Source: Nymphaea colorata (lineage: Eukaryota). Taken from it: a DNA stretch of 64,000 nucleotides. A program made the position numbers and the translations under genes. Under the pieces are notes generated by a model, which was not told the DNA's origin, made no database searches, and saw only the letters and a program-made list of their open reading frames with translations. Positions 1-14,352 of the stretch are shown piece by piece. Position 1 is the first letter of the stretch. Every line of letters begins with the position of its first letter. The DNA is taken from contig NC_045138.2 of the NCBI RefSeq assembly GCF_008831285.2, positions 682,001 through 746,000 of the forward strand, in the 5' to 3' direction.

Positions 1-1492
1 TGGGGTTCCCATGGTGTGGATTGATGTCACTCAGTGATCTGGACGGTTGACATCCTATACTAGAGATCAGGACTACTCCTTCAACAGTTCTACTGCGTCT
101 GAAAGTTCTCATTTTGTGTTCTTATATTCAAATATTTCTTCCTAAGTGATTCCACCCACATACCACGTACTGGGTTGCAAACTTGATAGTTTGGACGAAG
201 AATTTGAAAAGCCAATAGATGCAGAAAAGGTGCATGATTTGCCAAATTAGTTATTCCAAAACCATCATGCTTCTATCATGATATTGGATGAATTCAGTTG
301 TTTTGTGTTATCAATGGTTCTTGCTATATTTACATTTTTATGTGCAACATGTAGGATGGCATCTGTTGAAGAACTTTTCAGAAAAACCAAATATTTAAAT
401 GTAATGTTGGATTTTTGCTGCCTGAGATTCATCCGAAAATGAGACTAGTTTCAGTATGTTCATACTTACTTCCTGCTTCTAGAATATCCCTTTACAAGTT
501 TGAAATTTAAGTGCTTTGAAGTTCTGATTCCAATACAGCTTCCTGAATATGATTACGGTTTTGAGAATCATGGGTGTGTTCAGCTTTATTCACATGTACT
601 TGCTTTATGACTTGGTGTTTGTTTTGGTACTGATTTTTTAGGTTTTTTCGACCATTGTTCATGATTCTGGCCTCATCATATGTGCTCTTATTGATCAGTG
701 TCACCGTTAAGTTTCTGACTTACGGTTCTGAGGCATTTGGTACAACGTGAAATAGAATAATTCAGAACTTTGGGGCATTATACCCAAAGTTTACGTCTCT
801 GGCACCATCACAATATAGCATGTATGGACTTGTTCAAGCCCCCTCTTGGGATCCCCTTCTTGGGATCAGAGACAGAAGGAAATGGTTGTTTAAGGCATTG
901 CATGAAGATTTTCTTAGATGCTTGATCCAATTTTGATCAAGATTCCTATTTGCAAATTTGGACTCCTTTGTCATACGTTCTTGTCTGAACTATATCCCTA
1001 TTTTGTTGATATGTTCTTGTCCTTTATTATTCAAGCTTGATACTAGTTTAACCTATTCACTGAATTTGTACTTTGTTTGTTGCCATCAATTCTTTCTGTT
1101 CTTACTTCATTATGATTATCACTGCTGGAAACTGTCTTTGACCCTCGAGTCAACAAAGTTTTTGTTCAAAGACAATGCTAGATATTCTTTCATGAACTGA
1201 ATTTACTTTCCTATAGGTTAACCTAGAATGCTTATTAAATGTGTTGTCATATTTAGGAACCTTCACTTATATCTGCTACAGTGTTTTAATGCTTATGGTG
1301 GTATATATCATCTTGTATTAGTTAAACTCACATTTCTTTTGACATCACAATTTTCAGGTTTTCCTGTTGGTAAAAGTGCATCAGTAAGTAAAATATCGTG
1401 ATCCAGATTCGAATGGAAATATAAATTACTTTATCACTGATTTGAAAGTTGAAGCCTGTATGACCTGAGGTCTTTAATCAGAAAAGTTAGTA

Positions 1493-2822
1493 ATGGAACT
1501 AACTGATAATACTGTTTCTGAGAATCCACATCAAAGAATGCTTGACGAGAAGTGGCCACTCCCCCCCATGGATCCTAAAAGAGCCAGATTTCCGTGCTGC
1601 ATAGTCTGGACTCCTCTTCCTATAGTCTCTTGGTTGGCTCCTTTTATTGGACATGTCGGTATAGCGAAAGAGGATGGGACCATATTGGACTTTGCAGGTT
1701 CCAATTTTGTTAATGTGGACAATTTTGCATTTGGTGCAGTGGCAAGGTACATCCAACTTGATAGAGAAAAGGTATGATACATCCTGGAATTGATTGTCAT
1801 CATTGAACTTCTATTTAATTTATACCTTTTTCTTTCTAAACCTGAGTGTGATATTGAGTTGGTTTTCCTGATATTTTTGTAATTGAGCTTCCTGCCTTCT
1901 GATAGAGGTTAAGCACCGCTCATTTTCCAGATACACCAAAATGCCACTCATATGTTACTAACGTTCACGAAATGCTCTGAACATGTACCTTTGAGGGGAT
2001 CTGTTTAAATTTTAGTCTGCTCTTTGAACACTTCGAAGTCCTTGTGCTCATGTCACTTTCAGAACATTTATGTGGCCTGTTATTTAGTATTCTGACACCT
2101 CTCGTGGCAGAAATTAGGTGTTCATGTAAACATAAAAGGGTGGAAATGACGTATCCTGAACTTTCTCCATGCTGTAGAAAATGTTGGTAATCCCAAACAT
2201 GTGTTTTAGCGTTCCCTTTTTCTGCAATGAATTAGCAGAACACTTGATAGCTCAGATCAAGTGCATGCCTTTTTTGTTTTAAAATTTTGGAAAAACTTAT
2301 TGAAAGTTTGTTTCTTATCTTGCTACCAAAATTTGGGTTACCTTTTTGGCCATCTGAGTGATTCATATCTCTGTTCTCTTGATCTTGGAAAACGTCCAGT
2401 GTTGCTTCCCACCTCACTTGGCTGCGCATACATGCAAAAACAACTATGAGCATGCGGAGTATGGGACAGCCCTTACATGGGATGATGCGTTGCGCTCAAG
2501 TACACAAAATTTCCAGCACAAATCCTACAACCTCTTCACGTGTAACTGCCATTCTTTTGTGGCCAACTGTCTCAACCGCTTCTCATATGGGGGAACCATG
2601 CGATGGAACATTGTCAATTTGGCAGTCCTCATCTTGTTCAAGGGCAAGTGGGTCAACCATGGTGCAGTTGTCCGGTCCTTTCTGCCCTTTATTGTGGTGC
2701 TCTGTGCGGGGATTATAGTGGCTGGCTGGCCAACTGTGATTGGTTTGGCATCTTTCTCTCTTCTTCTCATTGGTTGGTTTGTTTTTGTTAGCTACTTCGC
2801 CAAGAATTTGATTGAAGTATAG
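1493..2822 (+). CDS. RTE1: REVERSION-TO-ETHYLENE SENSITIVITY1 (RTE1/TMEM222 family) membrane protein, about 233 aa, 2 coding exons
   Basis: Exons 1493-1771 (AAG|GTATGA) and 2400-2822 (CCAG|) join in phase 0. Hallmark motifs [40 protein letters not shown] and [17 protein letters not shown], plus C-terminal TM segments. Likely 5'UTR acceptor at 1356-1357. Confidence 0.93.
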
Positions 2823-3214
2823 GCATTGCGTCATTGTAGGCTAGATGAGATTCATACTCTCTTTGGCTCTCGTTGCATGTTAGTGTGATCATCCAGATGT
2901 CCAAATGAGAAATCGGCAAGTTTGTTTCAATATTTTACAAGTCAGGACTCCAATTTATATTGCTGTAAATTTTGTCTTTATCTTCGATATCCTTGTTCGA
3001 AGACAGTTTCAGGCTAAAATTCGTGGATGCACTTGTGCAACTTCTTATTTACCTGTTCATGTCTGTCACATGGACCACGGCTCAGATTTTCATGTCTGTC
3101 AACCACGGTAGGATTTACATGCTGAGTGGTACATATTTGATCTAAGGCTAATGTAACTTTTATCTGCATTGAAAAATAGTTAGGGGTACAAACTCCATTA
3201 AGGCTAATGAAATC

Positions 3215-3471
3215 AATCTCTCTCTCTCTCTCTCTCCATTTGAATTTACTTTGGGATGAGAGACATGCAGAGTGGTGCGTATTGATGTAAGGCTAAAGAC
3301 GTAAGGTGTACATGCCGCATTAAGACTAATGGAATCTCTCTCTCTCTCTCTCTCCATTTGAATTTACTTTGGGATGAGAGACATGCAGAGTGGTGCGTAT
3401 TGATGTAAGGCTAAAGACGGTAAGGTGTACATGCCGCATTAAGACTAATGGAATCTCTCTCTCTCTCTCTC
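3215..3471. repeat. About 118-bp direct tandem duplication bounded by (CT)n tracts
   Basis: CATTTGAATTTACTTTGGGATGAGAG... begins at 3237 and at 3355. The copies differ by about one inserted G. Confidence 0.92.
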
Positions 3472-4340
3472 AATCTCTCTATCTGTCATTTATTTTTATT
3501 GCGGATTGATTTTTCTCTGTTCTTTAACAATGGACTGACAGAAAGGCTCGAAATTTCGTGATGGTACATGCCCTGCTGCGCTTAACTTGACTGGCTAGAA
3601 TTTTTTTTTGCTGCTATCAATCCCAAATTGCAATATTTTTTTCACAAGGATATTGACTGAAGTTCATACCTCATTGATACTCACAAGCCTAACATAAAAG
3701 AACATGTGCTCTGAAGCATGATGGCTGCTAGAGTTATATCATTTGAGTCTCAGTTGGGGATAGCCTCTTAGGTTCACGCCAGGAGCTGTTAAAGGAAAAG
3801 GAGGGCATAGAGGCGTCGAAGTAATCGTAACTACTGTGGCTGTGGAGTGCATGGTTGACGCGCAATACTCAATTAATTGGTAGCTTTCGTGGTTAGAGGC
3901 CATTCTCTTGTGCATATCGTCGTTACTTAGGTCAGTTATAAATAGTGTCTTATTAGTTTCCGTTACATGCTGGCCACTGAATCACTTTATACCCCGAGAA
4001 AATGCCCAGTTGGCATTGGAGGATTTCTATTGAGATAATTCTCTCTTTTGTACGTTACACAAACTAATTAAATCTCAAAGAAGGGAAGCCTAGACAAAAA
4101 TTTAATGGTTCAAAGTCTGAATCCTGACTTTCATAAATACTAAACTCTGACCATGAGTGTTTTTCTCCTTATTATGAATATTCAGTAATAGAAACAAATA
4201 TGGTTCACAATTGTCTTGGCAGTTACTTACATATGAATATTGCAATCCTTTTCTAAGCTTTATCAATTTCAGTGAGAAGAAAATGGTTGTCAAAAAAAAG
4301 AAAAAAGGAAAAAGAAAATTGGGGCGAGATAAAAGTAACG

Positions 4341-4441
4341 CTGCATTTGGATGACACCTTGAAACGGGGTTTCAGAGTAAAAAACCTTGTTTTTGTCTCC
4401 GAAACCCTGTTTCGGGGGTGTTTGACGACAGCCAAACACAG
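4341..4441. mobile_element. Small foldback/Tourist-like MITE remnant upstream of ndhO
   Basis: Ends CTGCATTTGGATGACACC and GCCAAACACAG, with inner IR GAAACGGGGTTTC / GAAACCCTGTTTC. The same TTTGGATGACACCTT terminus occurs at 42821-42842. Confidence 0.45.
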
Positions 4442-4906
4442 TTTGGCTCAAAACCTCGTTGAAACCAGGTTTTGCAAAATCTTTTCCCAAACAAAAACAA
4501 GGTTTTGCAAAATCTACCTCTGAATTGAAACAAAAAGTGAACTGAAGAAAGGGCCCGGAGGGTAACTTCTCAAATAAAAGACCCAAATGTTTCCACTTTG
4601 CACCTTTCTCCGAAGACATAAACAATGTAAATTTTACTTGGAATTCTTCTTTGTTATCAAACCAAGACGCTGTCAGGCTTACATTGTTGGATCGAACGCA
4701 ATTTGTTCACGGTTCACACCGTTGTGTTTGGATCTAGACTTGCTTCATACTCTCAGATTTGGATCTGTTCTCTGATTCGGATACATTGGGAAACCGATTC
4801 TCCCCAAGCATGATCTAAACCATATCCGATCCGTTTCCAGCACTGATAAAGCGAAGGGGAGTGAGTCTGACGTGTCAGAAGCCTGGAGCTCTCTCTCTCT
4901 CTGCCA

Positions 4907-7900
4907 ATGGCTACCTTCACCCCTTCCTCCTCCGTTGTGCTGCCTCCCATGCTGTCTTCCAGGGTTCCCCATTTAAGATATTGTCCTTCTCCCCTCGTAA
5001 AAGTTTCAAAAATGCCTCCAGTCATGGCGACGAGCTCCACCTCTGCTAAGCCGGGAGACGAGAAGCTGGCTGAGAACAAGGGTGCTGAAGTCCCCGCCGC
5101 TCCAAAGCCACCAAAAAGGCCAGTTTACTCGAGTATGGATTCGTTTCTCCATTTATGGATGCATTTTTCTAGTTTTTTCTCCTGCAAGTTTAGTTTTTTT
5201 TTTTTTCCCTTTTGTTTTTTAACTTGGTACAGTGAAGAAAGGCCAAATTGTGAGGGTGGATAAAGAAAAGTATCTCGACAGTATCAATGTAAGCATATGT
5301 GCTTGTTTATCTATTTGTTTTACTTTCTTAGTTGATGAGAAAGCTCGATTCTGAATGGTAGTTTTGCTTGTTGTTCTTTGTGGGGATTTTGTGGATTACA
5401 GCAAAGTCTGCATTTTTGTGAGACTTTCATCGGGTGTGTAATCAAATATTTTTTTTTATTCGTGAGGTCGGCAAGTTTCTTTAGTTAATAGACATTCTCA
5501 AGCAATTCTCTGTTGGCTCTCTTATTAGGTTAATCAAATTCATTTGTCAGATTTTCAGAAATTATTGCAACACTTAATAGCATTTCCATCAAGTTATGAT
5601 AACGGTGAAGCTGCATTTGTTACTCAATTTCTGAATAGCATCTGTCCAAACAGTTGTTGACAAATTTATATTTGGGTGGCAAAATTTTCAATGACCTCAC
5701 GCTGTTTTGCGATGGTTTTTTTGACTTGCCTCATATGTGGATGTGAGTGTGATCACTCATTTCTGGACTTGGCATATTGTGTCCAAGTACCAGTGTCCTG
5801 TATCTTCCCTACCAACACTGGTACTTGGACCTAAGTGGCAGTGACAAATTTGCTTAGTCCCAGCTTGTGATCCCAAAAAAGAAAAAAGAAAAAGGGTCAG
5901 CTCTAACAAAGTATCCTTATTTCCTCATACTAACAGAAAAGGCTGGATAAAGAGTTAGACGTGAAGAAACAAGACAATGACTAGATCTACCTGAAGAGGA
6001 AACTGCACAATCGTACAAGACAATTGTTGCTTTAGGCGAAATAAAAAAGAAAACAAAAGAAAAGCCACACGTAAATACACATTGCTGTATAGAAAATAAA
6101 ATACCAAATTTTGCAAAATGTCACTGTTTAACTCATCATCCACATCAGCTAATGCAACTCATTAAGGTTAGCAAACCTAATAAAGCATGAAAAAAGCTAA
6201 GGCAAGAAAAAGATAGATTCTATATCAATGTTGGATGCTGAAATCAAGAAAAGAACAAAGCTAGATATTATGCAAGAATCAGTTGGAACCAATGTCTTAA
6301 AACTCGCCAAGTCAACCCGGTGACTCGGCTCGGCTTGCCCCCTCTCGGGTGAACCCAGTAGGTGGACTTGTTTTAGTTCATACTTCAATATTTTATTCTG
6401 TTGATAGTTGGTACAGGCTAAGATATAGGTTCTGTTTGTTACTTTATTGAAGATACAGGTTTTGTTTGTTAAAGTCGAGCAATATTAACAAAATTGATGG
6501 AGTTTTCCTAATGTCTCTTCATTCAATATGTTAACTTTGTGTTTTACATAAATGCCTTTCCTCAATTGCAGCAATTCATGGAGGATGAACTTAGTTGTGA
6601 CTTCACTTTATGTTAGTTTGACTTCTTTTTGAATCATATAAGTGAAATTAAGTCATTTTACAAACTTTTTACGATTAAAAGACAAGTTATATATTGTTTT
6701 TTCTTAAAAAAAAAAGTTAACATAACCCGGTCTGAGTCACATCAGATTTTGGATTTGTATCAGATGCAAATCAAATCCAGTAAATTAAGATTTTTAGTTG
6801 CTTGGTTCGAGTTTGGCATTTATTACAGTTGGCCACTTTCTCATGTTGACAGATATTCGATAAACTATAACAGGGAAGGAAAAGTGAGTTGATCAAAGGG
6901 AATGATCATGCATGACTGTTTGCACATACATTTTTCCTACAGGCTATTAGAAATTAGATGTCTCAGTTGTCTCCTTGTGGAGGCCCATGTGTAAGAGACT
7001 TCATAAGTTTATTTGAATAGAATAAAGAGGATGAACTTTCATTAGTCCTTGCAATAAACAATATAATAAGATGATAGGCAAGCCACCTATCACATGGGTA
7101 GTCAATTTTCAGTCATATATATAATTTTCCTTGCTCGATGTAGCAACCAGCTTCTGAAACATAACCATTCCTATCAGGTAGAGGTGTGCCTAGGTGGCAT
7201 AGAGATATTGATTTAGCTCAAGTGGCATGAAATGGAGGCAACCATTGCCTTTGCCAAGTGACAATGGTAGTTTGCCTTGTAGATCTACCATTTTTTCTTC
7301 TTTGATGGATCTTACTCTAGTAGATAAAAATAAACAATTGGTGAAGGTAGTTCTGGTAGTCATTCAAAAAGCCAAGGATCCAAACGAATGTCCCTGAGAA
7401 AAATCCCTCACTTCATAAAGAATCTCCATATTAAATCACATCACAATGACCTGTTGCTGAGAACGGTACAGGACATGTATTTTCAAAGTCAGCTTCCCGA
7501 ACTAATGTATGATAAGAATGCCTCTAGCTTGAACTAGAGGTACCAGTACAATCAGAATCATTTTTCTATGCATTGCAAGGACCAATAACTTTCGGAATTG
7601 ACATTTCTTGTGTTTCCACATGAGATGCTGATTGTAATGATGGGACTACTTAAGAAACTTGGCTTCAAATAGCACAAGCACAACAAAATCTTCTTATCGG
7701 AAAACACAAGAGAGTGGGACACTCTCAGTCTCAAGAACAAACATAAGAGCACTGAATGGCTCTTCACAAAGTAGAATCGAAGGGGAGAAGAATGCCAAAG
7801 TCCACATTAACTTGGCTTTACAAGCCTTATCAAATACGAGGGGGAATTATCCCTTTATATATGGAAAAGCATAAAGAAGATGAAGAAGGGGCTAGCCTAC

Positions 7901-9843
7901 GGATAGATAAGTAGCTGTTGAGGCCAGCCAACTGCTAGTTCAGCAACTTCTTAGCAGGAAAGATAAGTACTGCAAGAATAAATACAAAAGAAAGGAGTAA
8001 GAAACTAAACCTAAGAAGCTAAACCTTATACAACTATAAAGTATAAATATACACAAATCAATTATGTAGAAAGTGCATATATGTAATCTTAATATATATA
8101 TATATATATACACACACATATTTGATACATCTTGAAAGTTCACACTCTGTGACTTCCATAAAATTGTATATAGTGATGGAAGACAAAATAATGAATTAAA
8201 GCACAAATTGGACAATCTAAGATGCATCCTTTGCATCATGGTGTGTACGGTGAAGATTCAGAACTATTTTTACTGAAACCTTGCTTATAGTGCTGCAGAA
8301 ACTTGTTTATAAAGGTGAAACAATAATAAATGAAGTAAGTATCCTGAGAATAGAGAATAACAGATGGAGGGTCCCCGTAACATATGGTAGAGAAAGCTAA
8401 ACAGTACAGACAGAAAATTATCTCTCTGTCTCTCTCTCTCACACACACACTCTCATGTGCCTCATTCTTTTGGTTTGTTGGTGATCAATATTGGATTATA
8501 TGTTTATTCCTGCCCTGTTCTCTCTTCCCTCAATAAATTTAAGTGGGAAAATGAATCAAATATTTAATGCATAAAGTTCTTCTGAAATTGGTTAAATAAT
8601 TTACTGTACGCCAATAAAAAAGTTCCAACAGGCAGCATTTGGTTACTTTGCACGGCCTTGGCATATTTGCTAATTCCTGTCTTTTCTGATGGAAGTATCT
8701 ATCGGTTGGGCATCCACCTTACTATAAAGGCTTGGACTACATCTATGAAGACCGTGGTGAGGTGAGCAAATGAACCACTTTTTTGTTTATCAATATGTTT
8801 CTTAAGCATCTCATGAGATTTTAAGTTGATTTTTGATAGAATAATCATAGAAACGGTGGACAGTTAGCAAGTTGTTGCATCACTAGTCTCTGCTTTTTAG
8901 CTCATTCTGTAAACTGTAAATTCCAGATTATGGAAAGTGCATATTCTTGATGCAGCCTTTCTCATGGGTTTACAGTATCTTGGTTGTTCTCTGTATTTAA
9001 TTGGATTTTTCTACTGACTATCTGTGTGAATGATGTGGGTAGGTCCTGGATATTCGCATTTTTGAGACTGGAGAGCATGCACTGGTATGTTAGAGGGTGT
9101 TTGTTCATTTCATTTGTATGCTCGTTCTTAATCTGGACCAATGTCTAGAGATGTTTCTTTCACATTGAATAGTTGGTTCGTTATGGTTTTACTACATAAA
9201 CAGTTTATTGGAACTCTATGGCCCGACAATAGTACAGTCACTATGCCTGTCTCACCCAGATTCGTTTAGGTTGGCAAATCTGGAATTGTGAAGAGTAAAG
9301 TAATGACTTCTCCAAATGGAGGCAGTTCTTTTCTAGTCACCTTTTCTTTTTCTCTTTTTCTATGATAGAGGAGACCACCAAGCGTTTTGAACTTGTTAAG
9401 CATGCTAATCAGGCAACGAATGGTTGCCACATCCCATCTTGGTTGTTTGTTAGTATAAAACGCAAGTATGCCTCTGGCCACCAGAAGTCTCCCAATTGTT
9501 TGCTGATCGACTTCAGTTTGGAGGCTTTTAGCCAGTTCATGTAGCAAGTGGAACCTTGTTGGTTCATATGGAATTGCTTCTGCCCTCTATATTTTCATGA
9601 TCTAACTTTGAAGACAAGTTTACAGTCAATTCTGTTGCTATCTGACTGGCCTTCATTCCTCCAATAGGTTGCCTGGGTAGGGATACCAACTGCTCCTGCA
9701 TGGCTTCCAACTGACATGCTCGTCAAGGTATGACGATTAAGAATGCCTTGACTGAAATTATAGTGATCTCCCGTATGTATGGCCTATAATATTTATCTTT
9801 TATGTTTTTGCAGACTGATAAGCTTGATTATGAGCGAATATGA
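4907..9843 (+). CDS. ndhO: NAD(P)H-quinone oxidoreductase subunit O, chloroplastic, 6 coding exons
   Basis: Exons 4907-5132, 5233-5288, 8696-8761, 9043-9084, 9668-9727, 9814-9843, all GT-AG. The spliced product is a Ser/Pro-rich transit peptide followed by ...KRPVYSMKKGQIVRVDKEKYLDSINYLSVGHPPYYKGLDYIYEDRGEVLDIRIFETGEHALVAWVGIPTAPAWLPTDMLVKTDKLDYERI*, which matches plant NdhO. Confidence 0.95.
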
Positions 9844-12800
9844 AAGCAACATCAAAGAGGAGACTACAACCAACATTAATTTCCGAGATAATTGAACAAC
9901 CTTCTCTAAATGATCCTTCAATTGTTTCATTCTCTGCAGTCCTAATAATATGTTGTATATGTGTTGTTCGATATGTAACAAAATTGTGCAAATGCCAAAA
10001 TCCTCATCACTGTTACCAAGTGCAGCCTGTATAGCTTCTTTTCAGCCTATCACCTATCATGTATCTGACTGTAGTGATCATAGTGAATAGTGGATCTCTT
10101 TTTTTTTTTTTTCCCAAATTCGTTCAATGACTGATAGGCAATGGACGATCCTGCCCAACAGTATTCAACCCATCCATCATGAAAGTTGCACTTGTGAGAT
10201 AAATCCGTTCTTTTATTACTTTATCCATGGTTTATCTGCTTAGATAGTTGCTTCACAATTCATGTGCTACCGAAGCTATGTAGCACAGACTTGGCACGGC
10301 CGGACACGGTGTGGCTTTGGACTCACCATGCACACAGTCAATGCTATGTCAGACTCTGTTCGGGTGAATGCAAATCAGGTTGTTGGTGTTTAATCTTAGC
10401 AATGTAAAACAACATAGAGCCATTCATTTCCTTGGTTAGTAATGACCTTGAGTATCTTGACTAAACCATCACAGATAAATTTATATGCATTCCCTAAGTT
10501 GTATGAAACTCCAAGCAGCCTAGGTAACTAACTACTTGAACTCAGTCCTTTTGTCAGTAGTCCAGCTTAGCTAGAGGCTAAAGTATATATATATATAGTT
10601 TCACCTAGATGTCTGGGGCTTGGATTCGTAGTAAAACATTGACACATTGTTCAATTTGTTCTTCACTTGTTCCCTCAAATGTTTTTCTTAGGTATTAATT
10701 GATTTTTTTTTCTTCAGAAGAAGAACCTGATGAGTTCAGAAAATTAAAATACAGAAATAATAGAAGAAATGGAAAATTGAGTTTTCTACTTATTTATTAC
10801 AAAAAATATTGTTCAAATTCAAAATACTCAATAATAAGTTAAAGAAATTTAAAATATATTTAAAAAAGCAATTTTCTGAGAGTCCTAGAAGAATAAAGTA
10901 AATTAAAAAACATACTTTTTCTTAAACAATGGGAAAACGTGACAAAGAGGCATTTTTCATTTTGGAATTTTAAAAAAGATACCTTTGAACTTTTCCCTCT
11001 TTCTGTTTTCCTTGATTCGCCGATGTTTTCACCTTTTTTTTAAAAAAAGAAGGACAGTCAACTCTTTCGTGTCGTCCATCTTTTGTCTTGATTGTGTTCT
11101 CATCAGCTACCACCTTTTTGTTTTAGATTCTTTTTAAGTTATTATTTAGAGAAAATAACAGTTTTGCTGAATGTTAGAAGTGCTAATTGTACTGCTCTGC
11201 TGTAAATGAAGCCCATAAAATAATAAAATGACGGCGGTGGAGGCCCTTTCGTTAGATTGCAGAAAACGTCAAAGCTGACAAACTTTTGTTTTCATACAGA
11301 AAAGTAAAACACCATATATAATATGAACTCCCTCAAAAGTGTTCAGATAAAGTACCTTCAATTTGAATGAGGCCATGAATCTGATATGCAGGCATCTTTT
11401 GGCTTAGTATCTAAGCATATATTTTCGAGTTCGAATATGCTATCGCACAGGCACGTGGCTCCAAAATGCCTGTCGCAGTCGTGTTCGCGAGGAAGCCCTT
11501 TACTTTGATTGCAAAAGAATAATTGCTTAGAAATCTACGAAAGAATGTAATTCCGCTTGAAAGGTAAGAGATACTAAGAAGCAAAACATTATTCGAGAGT
11601 GGGATTTTAATTAGAAAGACAAATAAGGCATCTATAGCAGAGATCAATTTTTTGTGAGAAAAAAGGGCACAAAAAACAATTGTCCTCTGAGCAAGCATTG
11701 GAAACCCACTAACTAAGTAGCAAATTAATGTAATAACAGGAGGCTTCAAATAAAAACAAAATTACTAACTTAGATGGTTCTGTGACTTGCAATTTCGTAT
11801 GTGCAAACACCTGCAGCATTAACGTGGGAATCCTTTAGGGCATCAAACCCTAATTTCAGACCAATTTAATGACCCCACCTTAGATGCTTCTGTCCTGCCG
11901 TCTTGAAAAATGGGTGAAGGAATAGTTTATTTCTTGAGATGTGTGCTCTCTTTGTAGCAGGTAAGAATTTAATGTAGGCAAGTATATATATATATATATA
12001 TATATATAATCAGCTGTTGCATATGACTAGATTTTTTTTTTGTGGTACCAATAAAAAGTAAAAACAGCTGCAAAAGGTACATTAGAGACTAGATGTCCGT
12101 TTTGTATAAGGCTTTAAAGGACAAAAAAAAAAGCCACATATGCCGCCAGCTGATTCCAATATATATGTGCATATAATAATTATATGTTGACATATGTTGA
12201 ATGGTTAAAAATGAAAAATCTATTACTAAAACCAAAAAGAATCACTATTAAAAATACAATGAATCATTGTGCATCATAATGAGAGCTGTTTCTTAATTAT
12301 GATATATTTTTACCTTTCAGTCATGTGACAACATATGACATGTAGTGTGTATATATATATCAAAACAGGTTGTAAGTTTTAAAAGTATTTAAAAACATAA
12401 TAGACATGATTTAGAAAGATATATTTTTTTAATGAAAAAATAAATTGGGTTCTTTAATGTGTGGGCATATCATGTTTCCGCTATACAAAATATGCCAAGG
12501 AAGTATGTTGGTCAAAAGACTATAAATTTGATCGGATAAGACATGTTTCAAGCCGCAAACAAGGTCAAGAGTCTTTTTTTTGCACAACTTATGAGATTTG
12601 GGTAGTTTGGTCAAAATTCTGGATCTGATCCAGCAGTGGTTCATATGGCCGAATCAAGCGGATCCTGCTTCACCTTTACCAGCAAGTTTCATTGGATTCT
12701 CCACATTAATATCTCATTTTATGCATGGATTTTGTATCGAATCATGCCCCTAAGCCATAGGCTGACCTCTTCCTTTCATGTCCTTTTGGTAAACAATATC

Positions 12801-14305
12801 TAATTATTCTATAAATATGAGGCAGATTCATGAAATACACTAAAAAATATTTTATCAATCTACTAAAAAAAAAAAATTGACCTCCTTGATACATGGCTGG
12901 AGCCAAGATTTATTTTTAAAGAGGATCGGATTATATTTTTCAAAAGTTTTACAAGGGATACGGTATTTTTTTTTTAAATCCTAATTTTTTTCTTTCTCGA
13001 AATCTGAGGGACCATGACCTTTGCCAGCCCTTTGCGCTGCCGGAGGGTAAGTCAATGACTTCTTAAATATATTGGCAGAGCCCCAACAGCTCTCAATTTT
13101 TTTTATTTACAAAAAGGTGCTTTTAAATATTTGTTTATTTATATATTTTAGTACCTCTTAAAGAATGAAAATTCATGAAATAATGTCTTTCGGCCAAAAA
13201 TTTCTAACTTTACCTCTGCTTACATGCAAGAAAGACTGCCATTAGAAGAAAAAGTCAAGGCAAGTGAGCGGGAATAATGACCACAAGTTAATGAGATGTG
13301 AATTCCCTAGAGTGAGAAAGATGCTTCTTAAAAATAAGGACAATTGCCTCAAGGAAAAGTTAAAGAGAGTGGCTCACAAGGACATCTCAATGAATTTAGA
13401 TGTCAGATGCGTCAAATGACTAAAATTAAAAAAAAAAAAAGATTTACTGACCATTACTGCACCATAAACCGTTGCAAATACATGTGTTGCAACTATTTTT
13501 ACATACACTTTTTTAATTTTTAACCATTGACAGATTTTAACTTCCTATATGTAAAAAACAATTATGGTTTATAACTAAAGTCTAAAGCTAAAACTAAGAT
13601 ACACAACAGTCAAAATAACATGATCAAATTCAAACAAGAAGTCATGTAGAATCTCAAAGCTCAAAATAAAAATATGAAAATCCAAATCTTTTCGGTCGGA
13701 CATGGATTTTCTTTGGTCAAAACTAGACGAAGAAGGTACTGGTGGGGCTGCCAGCGGGAGCGCACGTAAATGATTCAGACAATTTATTCCGAAAATGTTT
13801 GAATTGTAAACTACCAAATAAATCCATCTTAGAAAATACAACGTATATTCCTGACTAAACTTATGTTTATATCCATAAAACATATTTCATTAATGCGCTT
13901 AAGCTTGTTTAAAAAGCGGCTGAATGAAATGACAATTATTTTTTCCAAAGATGAATTCATTAAAAAAGTGCTCATTTTTTACATATTTATATGTAACTGC
14001 GTGACATTCAGGAAATTATAGACCACCCAATTGGATTTATAGAATAATCTATAAAAAAACCAAAAAACACGAGTCCCGAAGTCGTCAGGCATTAAAATCA
14101 AGCACTTTATTTTGTCAGTTAACAGTAAAATTTATGAGGTTGAGGCTCTTTTAGACTTTATAGGTAAAAGATGAGCCCGCAAGTAAAATTAGAAAGAGAT
14201 AAACAGAAAAGCTTCACGCTATTGAGCGGACCATAGCGGCGATTTTTGTCCTGACACCTTCCTAACATCGAATTTTCTACCAACGGGCTCCCTTTCAGCT
14301 CTCCG

Positions 14306-14352
<47 letters not shown>

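Noticed and set aside
9266..9600. Possible decayed L1 LINE fragments in introns (also about 7150-7500 and 17050-17500)
   Set aside because: Only faint motif echoes (HLL, WWS, HLGTPL) across broken frames; cannot be supported without a profile search.
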